DNA from: a virus
Taxonomy: Duplodnaviria; Caudoviricetes
Length of the DNA: 32,361 nucleotides
Strand: one strand, 5' to 3'
IMG/VR virus record: IMGVR_UViG_3300006483_000009
Location: 1 to 32,361 of that record
Made by a program: the position numbers and the translations under genes. Shown here in pieces: positions 7,612 through 14,977 of this stretch. The notes below the pieces were generated by a model. That model was not told where the DNA came from and did not search any database. It worked only from the letters and a program-made list of their open reading frames with translations. The number at the start of each line of letters is the position of its first letter. Positions within the stretch are counted from its first letter, which is position 1.

Positions 7612-8778
7612 ATGAGTAAGAGATATTTAACAGCAGAAAGTGTATGTGCTGGACATCCTGATAAACTATGCGACATTATTGCAGATAGCATTTTGGAAGC
7701 ATGCCTACGTAAAGATAAGGCATCACGTGTCGCTTGTGAGGTAATGGCAACCAAGGGAAAAATTATCGTGGCGGGCGAGATCTCCTGCAGCGAGAAAGTG
7801 AATATTAGAGACATTGTAAAAACTGTACTAAAGGATGTGGGATACAATCCTCTAAAATTTTTGATTTATGTATATGTACATAATCAAAGTGTAGATATTG
7901 CGGCTGGTGTGAACACCGCACTGGAAGCACGAAATGGGATAAACGAACAGTACGGTTCCATCGGTGCTGGAGACCAGGGAACTATGTATGGCTATGCTAC
8001 AAGGGAAACAAGAGAAATGCTTCCCCTGCCCCTTGTACTTTCCCACAGAATCGTAAAGAGACTGGATGATTGTCGCAAAGGAAAACTGATAAAAGGGATT
8101 CTTCCTGATGGTAAAGCACAGGTAACTGTGGAGTATGAAGATGACACTCCAGTAAGAATAAAGACGATTGTGATTTCGGTACAGCATGATAAGAATAAAA
8201 CACAGGACGAACTTAAGGCGGATATCCTTAACAATGTCTTATGGCAGTGCTTTGAGGACTTCCCTTTTGATGATGAAACCGAGCTTCTTATCAATCCGTC
8301 GGGGCAGTTTGTTCTTGGTGGTCCCGCTGCCGATACGGGTTTGACTGGAAGAAAAATCATGGTCGATACCTATGGAGGGCTTGCATCCCATGGGGGTGGT
8401 GCTCTTTGTGGCAAAGACCCAACCAAAGTTGACCGAAGCGGTGCTTACATGACTCGGTATATTGCCAAACATATCGTTTGGTGCGGTTATGCCAAGAAAT
8501 GTGAAGTGAGTATTTCCTATGCCATTGGTAAGGCAAATCCTGTAGCCTTTACTGTAAATACCCTTGGCACTGGAACTGTTTCTGATGAAATACTAACTAT
8601 TGCTGCTCAGGAGACTTTCAACTTAAGACCTGCGGCCATCATTGAAAAGCTGCGTCTAAGAAATGTGATTTATTCTGATACAGCGGTTTATGGTCACTTT
8701 AATAGTTGTCTGTTCCCATGGGAGGATGTAAATAAGTACAGTGAATTTAGAAAGGCGGTGGAAAAGTATGTTGATTGA
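7612..8778 (+). CDS. metK: S-adenosylmethionine synthetase (phage-encoded)
   Basis: ESVCAGHPDK, GAGDQG, PDGKAQV, DTGLTGRKIMVDTYGG, HGGGALCGKDPTKVDRS, YGHF; start 7612 after GAGGAG at 7596-7601. Confidence 0.95.
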   Translation: MSKRYLTAESVCAGHPDKLCDIIADSILEACLRKDKASRVACEVMATKGKIIVAGEISCSEKVNIRDIVKTVLKDVGYNPLKFLIYVYVHNQSVDIAAGVNTALEARNGINEQYGSIGAGDQGTMYGYATRETREMLPLPLVLSHRIVKRLDDCRKGKLIKGILPDGKAQVTVEYEDDTPVRIKTIVISVQHDKNKTQDELKADILNNVLWQCFEDFPFDDETELLINPSGQFVLGGPAADTGLTGRKIMVDTYGGLASHGGGALCGKDPTKVDRSGAYMTRYIAKHIVWCGYAKKCEVSISYAIGKANPVAFTVNTLGTGTVSDEILTIAAQETFNLRPAAIIEKLRLRNVIYSDTAVYGHFNSCLFPWEDVNKYSEFRKAVEKYVD

Positions 8779-10009
8779 AAAGATTAAAACAAAACAACTC
8801 ATCCCCGCTGACTATAACCCAAGGAAGGATTTAAAACCGGGTGATCCAGAGTACGAGAAACTTAAACGTTCCCTTGAGGAGTTTGGGTATGTAGAACCCG
8901 TTATATGGAATAAAACCACAGGAAGAGTTATCGGAGGTCACCAACGCTTGAAAGTCCTGCTGAGTATGGGCATGGATGAAATAGAATGTGTAGTAGTTGA
9001 AATGGATGAGCAAAAAGAAAAGGCTCTGAACATTGCACTAAATAAAATAAGTGGTGATTGGGATAAAGATAAATTGGCGCTACTTATCACAGACCTAAAT
9101 GCTTCTGACTTTGATGTATCTCTAACAGGTTTTGACCCAGGAGAATTGGATGATCTTTTTAAGGATTCCCTTAAGGATAATATAAAAGAAGATGATTTCG
9201 ATGTAGATAGCGAGCTGAAAAAGCCCGCTATTTCGCATTTAGGGGATGTTTGGATACTTGGACAGCATCGACTTGTCTGTGGAGATAGTACAAGGAAAGA
9301 CACCTTTGATGTCTTGATGGATGGAAAAGCTGCCAATCTGGTAGTTACGGACCCTCCATATAACGTCAACTATGAAGGTTCTGCTGGAAAAATAAAAAAT
9401 GACAATATGGGTAATGAAGCGTTCTATGATTTCCTGCTTGCAGCATTCCAAAATACTGAAGCAGCGATGGCAAAGGACGCTTCTATTTATGTATTTCATG
9501 CCGATACGGAAGGACTCAATTTTAGAAGAGCATTCTCCGATGCAGGGTTTTATCTTTCCGGCACTTGTATTTGGAAGAAGCAATCCCTTGTTCTCGGTCG
9601 TTCCCCTTATCAGTGGCAACATGAACCGGTACTCTTTGGATGGAAAAAGAAAGGCAAGCATCTCTGGTATTCAGACCGCAAGCAGACCACCATCTGGGAG
9701 TTTGAGAAACCAAAGAAAAATGGCGACCATCCAACCATGAAACCAGTGGCACTTGTGGCATACCCCATTATGAATTCGAGTCTTAGTAACTGCATCGTGC
9801 TTGATCCCTTTGGTGGTTCAGGAAGTACATTGATTGCTTGTGAGCAGACCGATAGAATTTGCTACACCATTGAACTGGATGAAAAGTACTGTGATGTCAT
9901 TGTGAAAAGGTATATTGAGCAAGTCGGAAACTCGGATGGTGTGTTTCTTTTAAGAGATGGTTCGAAATTTAGATATGGTGACCTGCCGGAGGTGAATGCA
10001 GATGAGTAA
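8768..10009 (+). CDS. ParB/Srx-fused N6-adenine/N4-cytosine DNA methyltransferase (beta-class motif order)
   Basis: N-term YNPR..FGYVEPVIWN..IGGHQRL; DPPY (motif IV) precedes HPTMKP and LDPFGGSGST (motif I). Confidence 0.92.
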   Translation: MLIEKIKTKQLIPADYNPRKDLKPGDPEYEKLKRSLEEFGYVEPVIWNKTTGRVIGGHQRLKVLLSMGMDEIECVVVEMDEQKEKALNIALNKISGDWDKDKLALLITDLNASDFDVSLTGFDPGELDDLFKDSLKDNIKEDDFDVDSELKKPAISHLGDVWILGQHRLVCGDSTRKDTFDVLMDGKAANLVVTDPPYNVNYEGSAGKIKNDNMGNEAFYDFLLAAFQNTEAAMAKDASIYVFHADTEGLNFRRAFSDAGFYLSGTCIWKKQSLVLGRSPYQWQHEPVLFGWKKKGKHLWYSDRKQTTIWEFEKPKKNGDHPTMKPVALVAYPIMNSSLSNCIVLDPFGGSGSTLIACEQTDRICYTIELDEKYCDVIVKRYIEQVGNSDGVFLLRDGSKFRYGDLPEVNADE

Positions 10010-12164
10010 ATTGACACTCGGTTCCCTTTTTGATGGTAGTGGTGGTTTTCCTCTAGGTGCTCTGCTTTGTGGAATTGAGCCGTTATGGGCTTCTGAAATT
10101 GAACCATTTCCTATAAGGGTCACGACTAAACGCATCCCACAGATGAAGCATTATGGGGATATCAATAAACTAAATGGTGCGGAGCTTCCGCCTGTAGATA
10201 TCATAACATTTGGTTCGCCTTGCACCGATATGAGTGTGGCAGGTAAAAGAGCTGGTCTAGACGGAGAGCAATCCGTCCTTTTTTATGAAGCAATACGAAT
10301 TATTAAAGAAATGAGGTGTAAGACCAATGGACAATATCCAAGGTACGCAGTCTGGGAAAATGTCCCTGGCGCATTCTCGTCAAATAAAGGAGAAGACTTC
10401 AAGGCAGTCCTCGAAACGGTCATCAGCGTCAAAGAGCCGAACACCTCGGTGCCTTTACCTGAAAAAGGACGATGGCCATACGCAGACATCTACATGGGAG
10501 ACGGATGGAGTGTGGCATACCGAACTATTGATGCGCAATATTTCGGAGTCCCCCAGCGTCGTCGTAGAATCTACCTTGTCGCAGATTTTGCAGACAGATG
10601 TGCCGGAGAAATACTATTTGAGTCCGAAGGCTTGTCAAGGGATTTTACGCCGAGCGGCAGCCCGTGGAAAAGAACTGCCGGAAATGCTAAAAACAGCACT
10701 GGAAAAGCAGGCGATAGCATAACTTGCCTAAATGACCAAGGCGGGAAAGTGATGTCTGTTTCGGAGGATATTACCGCCACACTTCGGGCGGAGGAACATG
10801 GACATCAGCCTTGCGTAATGCAGTCAAGTGGATTTTGTACCGAACACAGCGCCAAGAGCCGAAGTGTAGGTTATGAGGAAGAACGCTCTCCTACCCTTCG
10901 TGCAGGGGTTGTTCCAGGTACAGTCATGTCCTTTGAACCTGGTGCTGTTTCACGCATTGGTGGCCATACAGATAAAAACTTAAGTGGATCACTTCGTGCA
11001 AACATGGGAGATAACCAAACGGCTGTTGTCATTGAAAATCATCCAACTGATAGTCGTGTAAAACTGTCAGAGGATAATAAAGTACAGACGCTGACCTCTC
11101 GGATGGGGACTGGCGGTGGGAATGTACCCCTTATTATGAACACACCTAAAACATTAAAAATCCGCTCTGGCTGTGAAGGCGGCGGTAAGGGTGCATTGAT
11201 ACAGGATAATAAGTCTGCCACTCTTGGATGCAATAATGACCAGACCGTTTTTGTACCTACCGCATATGGCATCTGTTCTAATAAAAGTAATTCTATGCAG
11301 TCAAGCAATCCACATAGCGGTATATATGAAGCGGATACTTCTCGAACCATTGATGCCAATGGAGGAAATCCAGGATGTAATCAAGGTGGTATTGCAGTTG
11401 TTGCTTTGCAAGGCTCGATGATTGGAAGAGAGGATAAAAACGGTCCCCAAGGAAGCGGTATAGATGAAGATGTTTCTTTTACGTTGAATACCACGGATCG
11501 TCATGCTATTGCCTATGTTATGACAACCGGAGCCTATGCACAGGTTGAAGAAGATAAAGCACCAACTTTATTGTCGAGAGATTACAAGGATGCCCCTGTA
11601 GTAACTCAACCTTCTTACGGTATTGATCGGGCAGCCTTTAATCAAGGAAAGAACGCGCTATATAAACCTTCAATAGATAAAGAACAGCAACCTACACTCA
11701 CGGCAAAGGGGCCTGGAGCAGTGGCACAACCAGCATCCTTTTACCCTCAGATGAAAGCTGAAAGTCAATGCTATAGGCAGGATGGTACATCAAATGCGCT
11801 TATCAATGGCACTAATCCAGGTTATCAAAACGGATTGGTTGAACCAGACTATATCGTCAGAAGGCTTACACCAACCGAGTGTGCTAGATTGCAAGGCTTC
11901 CCCGATGATTGGTGTGATGATCTTGGTACGGAAAATCCTACAGAAGATGAAATTTTATTCTGGACGGAGGTTTGGGAAACCCACCGCAAAATCATAGGTA
12001 AAAGCAGTAGACCAAAAACAAGAAAGCAGATTATAAAATGGCTTAACAATCCTCATTCAGATTCAGCCGAATACAAAATGTGGGGCAATGGTGTAGCACT
12101 TCCATGCGTCTGTTTTGTGTTGACTGGCATTGTGTTATCTACACAAAATACCGCCGATGAATAA
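10002..12164 (+). CDS. C5-cytosine DNA methyltransferase with a very long variable region
   Basis: LFDGSGG (I), GSPC (IV), WENVPG (VI), PQRRRR (VIII), RRLTPTECARLQGFPD (IX), GNGV (X); SD GGAGG at 9988-9992. Confidence 0.93.
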   Translation: MSKLTLGSLFDGSGGFPLGALLCGIEPLWASEIEPFPIRVTTKRIPQMKHYGDINKLNGAELPPVDIITFGSPCTDMSVAGKRAGLDGEQSVLFYEAIRIIKEMRCKTNGQYPRYAVWENVPGAFSSNKGEDFKAVLETVISVKEPNTSVPLPEKGRWPYADIYMGDGWSVAYRTIDAQYFGVPQRRRRIYLVADFADRCAGEILFESEGLSRDFTPSGSPWKRTAGNAKNSTGKAGDSITCLNDQGGKVMSVSEDITATLRAEEHGHQPCVMQSSGFCTEHSAKSRSVGYEEERSPTLRAGVVPGTVMSFEPGAVSRIGGHTDKNLSGSLRANMGDNQTAVVIENHPTDSRVKLSEDNKVQTLTSRMGTGGGNVPLIMNTPKTLKIRSGCEGGGKGALIQDNKSATLGCNNDQTVFVPTAYGICSNKSNSMQSSNPHSGIYEADTSRTIDANGGNPGCNQGGIAVVALQGSMIGREDKNGPQGSGIDEDVSFTLNTTDRHAIAYVMTTGAYAQVEEDKAPTLLSRDYKDAPVVTQPSYGIDRAAFNQGKNALYKPSIDKEQQPTLTAKGPGAVAQPASFYPQMKAESQCYRQDGTSNALINGTNPGYQNGLVEPDYIVRRLTPTECARLQGFPDDWCDDLGTENPTEDEILFWTEVWETHRKIIGKSSRPKTRKQIIKWLNNPHSDSAEYKMWGNGVALPCVCFVLTGIVLSTQNTADE
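10327..10722 (+). CDS. Nested +1-frame gene inside the C5 MTase (M.EcoHK31I beta-subunit-like)
   Basis: GAGGTG at 10313-10318, 8 nt before ATG 10327; 131 aa ending STLSQILQTDVPEKYYLSPKACQGILRRAAARGKELPEMLKTALE, which resembles C5-MTase segments. Confidence 0.7.
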   Translation: MDNIQGTQSGKMSLAHSRQIKEKTSRQSSKRSSASKSRTPRCLYLKKDDGHTQTSTWETDGVWHTELLMRNISESPSVVVESTLSQILQTDVPEKYYLSPKACQGILRRAAARGKELPEMLKTALEKQAIA

Positions 12165-12197
12165 ACAGTAACTTCTACAGAAAGATACTCTAAATGA

Positions 12198-12241
12198 CTT
12201 GATATTAACAGCCTTTAGAGTGATATATGTACGTACCGAAA
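12198..12241 (+). promoter_or_regulatory. Promoter-like repeat, copy 1
   Basis: CTTGATATTAACAGCCTTTAGAGTGATATATGTACGTACCGAAA; 36/44 identical to 13237-13280; lies just upstream of an RBS. Confidence 0.7.
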
Positions 12242-12260
12242 ATAGAAAGGCGGTATGAAA

Positions 12261-12953
12261 ATGAAGATTAACTATAATGTTACAGGACCCAAAAGAAAAG
12301 CACTGGTTAACGCAATCAGCCAAGAACTGAATGTTCCTATTAAATACCTCGGGGCACCTACATTTGCCTATGAGGTGGCGGACTACAATATTGACAAAAA
12401 CGGAGTACTCAGTGGGCCAGATAACTCTGAACTGGTTGGTAATCTATTGGGACTTCACGACTTAAAGCCAATTTCAGAAGAATTTGGTACACCATCTCAG
12501 AAAAAAGAAGCGAATGAAACTGAAGAATCTATCAATCTGATAATTCAAATGCCACGGGCAGATTTTACCGACACAGCCCTTGAGAACTTAAAAGGATTGG
12601 TAGAGAGTAAAGCAGCTCTTATAAAGACAGCACTTGATACGGACTCCATTCCAATCAATGTAACTGAAGAAATTGTCGCCTTCCCTTGGTTTCAAGGTGA
12701 GTGCTCAACAGAAGAAGTTAAGGCCTACACCCATTTTATAACAGCACTTTGCGAAATGGCGAAAAAACAGACACGCGTCAACTCCACCGAGAAATCAGTA
12801 GAGAATGAAAAGTACGCTTTTCGTTGCTTCCTTCTCAGGCTTGGCTTCATCGGCCCAGAATATAAAACGGAACGAAAGATTCTCCTCTCCAAGCTATCAG
12901 GTAGCTCTGCTTTCAAAAGCGGGGCGGCCAAGCAGGAGGTGAGTGAACAATGA
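12261..12953 (+). CDS. Phage 'virulence-related'-type protein; apparent degenerate paralog of the amidoligase
   Basis: YLGAPTFAYEV N-term; C-term ENEKYAFRCFLLRLGFIG..LSGSSAF aligns with the C-term of 13312..14211; SD AAGGCGG at 12247-12253. Confidence 0.75.
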   Translation: MKINYNVTGPKRKALVNAISQELNVPIKYLGAPTFAYEVADYNIDKNGVLSGPDNSELVGNLLGLHDLKPISEEFGTPSQKKEANETEESINLIIQMPRADFTDTALENLKGLVESKAALIKTALDTDSIPINVTEEIVAFPWFQGECSTEEVKAYTHFITALCEMAKKQTRVNSTEKSVENEKYAFRCFLLRLGFIGPEYKTERKILLSKLSGSSAFKSGAAKQEVSEQ

Positions 12954-13177
12954 ATATCATTCACCCAGAAATGTTAAAGCAACTTAGAAGCTATTACACT
13001 CCAGGAACCCGTGTCATGCTACTTAGAATGAACGACCCATATACAAAACTTCAACCTGGAGCTAAAGGCACGGTTACTAGTGTTGATGACATCGGAACGA
13101 TTCACGTCAGTTGGGATTCCGGTGGTTCCCTTGGAGTGACCTTTGGTGAGGATTTATGCAAGAAAATCGAAGAGTAA
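12950..13177 (+). CDS. DUF4314 domain protein (small beta-barrel)
   Basis: YTPGTRVMLLRMNDPY..GAKGTVTSVDDIGTIHVSWDSGGSLGV..GED; ATGA overlap. Confidence 0.85.
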   Translation: MNIIHPEMLKQLRSYYTPGTRVMLLRMNDPYTKLQPGAKGTVTSVDDIGTIHVSWDSGGSLGVTFGEDLCKKIEE

Positions 13178-13236
13178 CCATACACATTTCGAGCCAAATA
13201 TGGCAGTAAATATGTAGATTTATATTGCGAAATTGT

Positions 13237-13280
13237 CTTGCTATAAAAGCCTTTTAGAGTGATATATGTACATGCCGAAA
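13237..13280 (+). promoter_or_regulatory. Promoter-like repeat, copy 2
   Basis: CTTGCTATAAAAGCCTTTTAGAGTGATATATGTACATGCCGAAA; shares a perfect 19-bp core TTTAGAGTGATATATGTAC with copy 1. Confidence 0.7.
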
Positions 13281-13311
13281 GGACACACACACTTTAGAAG
13301 GAGCGAGAAAA

Positions 13312-14211
13312 ATGTTAAACGCAAAATTTGGAATCGAAATCGAGTTCACAGGAATCACAAGGGAAAGAGCAGCAAAGGTTGTTACTGAATTTCTACAAGG
13401 TACTTATGCTGAAGGCGGGACCTATTACGATACGAAAAAGGTAACAGCACCAGACGGTAGGGTTTGGAAGTTTATGAGTGACGGGAGCATCCACTGCCAA
13501 AGAAAAGAAGGTGGAAGGAAGGTTGCCGCTGGCAGAGAATACAGCGTCGAGTTAGTCAGCCCCATTCTTACCTACCAAGAGGATATTGAAACATTACAAG
13601 AGCTGGTGAGAAAGCTCCGCAAAGCCGGAGCCTTTACAAATACATCTTGCGGCATTCATATTCATCTAGACGGTGCTAAGCATACACCAAGAAGTATTCG
13701 AAACTTTGTAAATATCATCGCAAGCAAAAACGACTTATTTTACAAAGCACTTCAAATTGCACCGCAGAGAATGAACTACTGCAAAAAGATGGACAGCATT
13801 TTGGTTGAGAAAATGAACCGCAAGAAGCCTAAAACTTTGAGAGAAATTGAGGACATTTGGTACGAAGGTTACAGTGAGAGTAGAAGCGCCCACTATCACA
13901 ATAGCCGCTACCATTTCCTCAACCTTCACAGCTTTTTTACTGGAAACCATACAGTTGAACTTCGAGGGTTTAACAGCGAGCTTCATGCTGGGAGGATAAG
14001 AAGCTACATTGTTCTAGCACTCGCCATTAACCACCAAGCCTTAACGCAAAAGTGTGCATCGACAAAGAAACCTCAAATTGAGAATGAGAAATTCGCCATG
14101 AGAACCTACCTAAACCGAATTGGTTTTATTGGCGACGAATTTGCAAACTGCAGAGAACATTTAACCGCAGCACTTTCGGGTTCAGCTGCATGGCGGTTTC
14201 GGGCGGCCTGA
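13312..14211 (+). CDS. Putative amidoligase (Amidoligase_2, COOH-NH2 ligase fold)
   Basis: FGIEIEF, SDGSI, ELVSPIL, CGIHIH, RYHFLN, TVELRGFN motifs. Confidence 0.88.
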   Translation: MLNAKFGIEIEFTGITRERAAKVVTEFLQGTYAEGGTYYDTKKVTAPDGRVWKFMSDGSIHCQRKEGGRKVAAGREYSVELVSPILTYQEDIETLQELVRKLRKAGAFTNTSCGIHIHLDGAKHTPRSIRNFVNIIASKNDLFYKALQIAPQRMNYCKKMDSILVEKMNRKKPKTLREIEDIWYEGYSESRSAHYHNSRYHFLNLHSFFTGNHTVELRGFNSELHAGRIRSYIVLALAINHQALTQKCASTKKPQIENEKFAMRTYLNRIGFIGDEFANCREHLTAALSGSAAWRFRAA

Positions 14212-14249
14212 GCTGCCCTTAAACCCAAAAGCTAAGAAGGAGGATGACA

Positions 14250-14708
14250 ATGAATAGTAAATTATATCTTGCCTATGGCTCCAACCTCAACCTGGAGCAG
14301 ATGTCCAACAGATGCCCCACAGCGAAGGTGGTAGAAACAAGCCAAATCGATAATCACCGCTTGTTATTTAGAGGGGCACACGCGGGCGCTGTGGCAACCA
14401 TTGAGCCTTTTAAGGGAGACAGTGTACCCGTGTTGGTGTGGGAAATCACACCGGCTGATGAGGCAGCACTTGACCGCTACGAAGGATGGCCTTTCCTTTA
14501 TCGCAAGGAAACCGTAAAAGTGAAATTGAACGGCAAAACCGTCAAGGCGATGGTCTACATTATGAATGACGGAAGACCGCTTGGACAACCGAGCTGTTAT
14601 TATTACAGTACCATTTTAGAAGGTTATAAGAGTGCGGGCTTCGATGTGGATATCCTGCGCAAAGCGACAACCGATTCAGCTGAATCGGAGGAGGCAATCA
14701 ATGAATGA
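14250..14708 (+). CDS. Gamma-glutamylcyclotransferase (AIG2/GGCT-like)
   Basis: YLAYGSNL, ATIEP..VPVLVWEI, LDRYEG..YRK; SD AGGAGG at 14238-14243. Confidence 0.9.
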   Translation: MNSKLYLAYGSNLNLEQMSNRCPTAKVVETSQIDNHRLLFRGAHAGAVATIEPFKGDSVPVLVWEITPADEAALDRYEGWPFLYRKETVKVKLNGKTVKAMVYIMNDGRPLGQPSCYYYSTILEGYKSAGFDVDILRKATTDSAESEEAINE

Positions 14709-14889
14709 GATAATTAAGGAACAAATCCTTTCCATCCGTAAAAGTGGAGTCACAAATATGTTTGATGTGAACCGAGTCCAGTATGAAGCAAATGAACGAG
14801 GGTTTTATGAATTGGTAGTCTATTTAATAGACCATAAAGCGGAATATGCTCATTTCATAATGACAGGGGAAGTGGATGGAAATAAGTAA
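14701..14889 (+). CDS. DUF5049-like small protein
   Basis: MNEIIKEQILSIRKSGVTNMFDV..GFYELV..YAHFIMTGE; GGAGGAGG upstream; overlaps the GGCT stop. Confidence 0.8.
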   Translation: MNEIIKEQILSIRKSGVTNMFDVNRVQYEANERGFYELVVYLIDHKAEYAHFIMTGEVDGNK

Positions 14890-14910
14890 ATAAAATTAAA
14901 CAGGATAAGG

Positions 14911-14949
14911 AGAAGGGCTTCATCTATAGGATTGAGGCTCTTTTCTTTT
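14911..14949 (+). terminator. Intrinsic terminator closing the amidoligase cassette
   Basis: AGAAGGGCTTCA..TGAGGCTCTTTT 12-bp stem with G-U pairs, followed by CTTTT. Confidence 0.7.
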
Positions 14950-14977
14950 GTCCTTTTTCATAAAAGGGGCGGTGTTT

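Noticed and set aside
9399..9740. 113-aa alternative-frame ORF within the amino-MTase, a possible second nested gene
   Set aside because: No SD and no protein-like motif, unlike 10327..10722.
11224..11997. Other +1-frame ORFs in the C5 MTase (11224..11421, 11782..11997)
   Set aside because: Short, no convincing SD, no recognisable motifs.
8768..12164. Restriction-modification or BREX/DISARM system
   Set aside because: No cognate endonuclease or accessory genes; HNH and VRR-NUC are explained by packaging and replication roles.
13283..13292. (AC)5 upstream of the amidoligase RBS as a phase-variable tract
   Set aside because: Too short, and outside both the CDS and the promoter spacer.
14201..14218. 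GGGCGGC-ctga-GCTGCCC hairpin over the amidoligase stop
   Set aside because: Lacks a U tract; may be a stability or processing element but is not supportable as a terminator.
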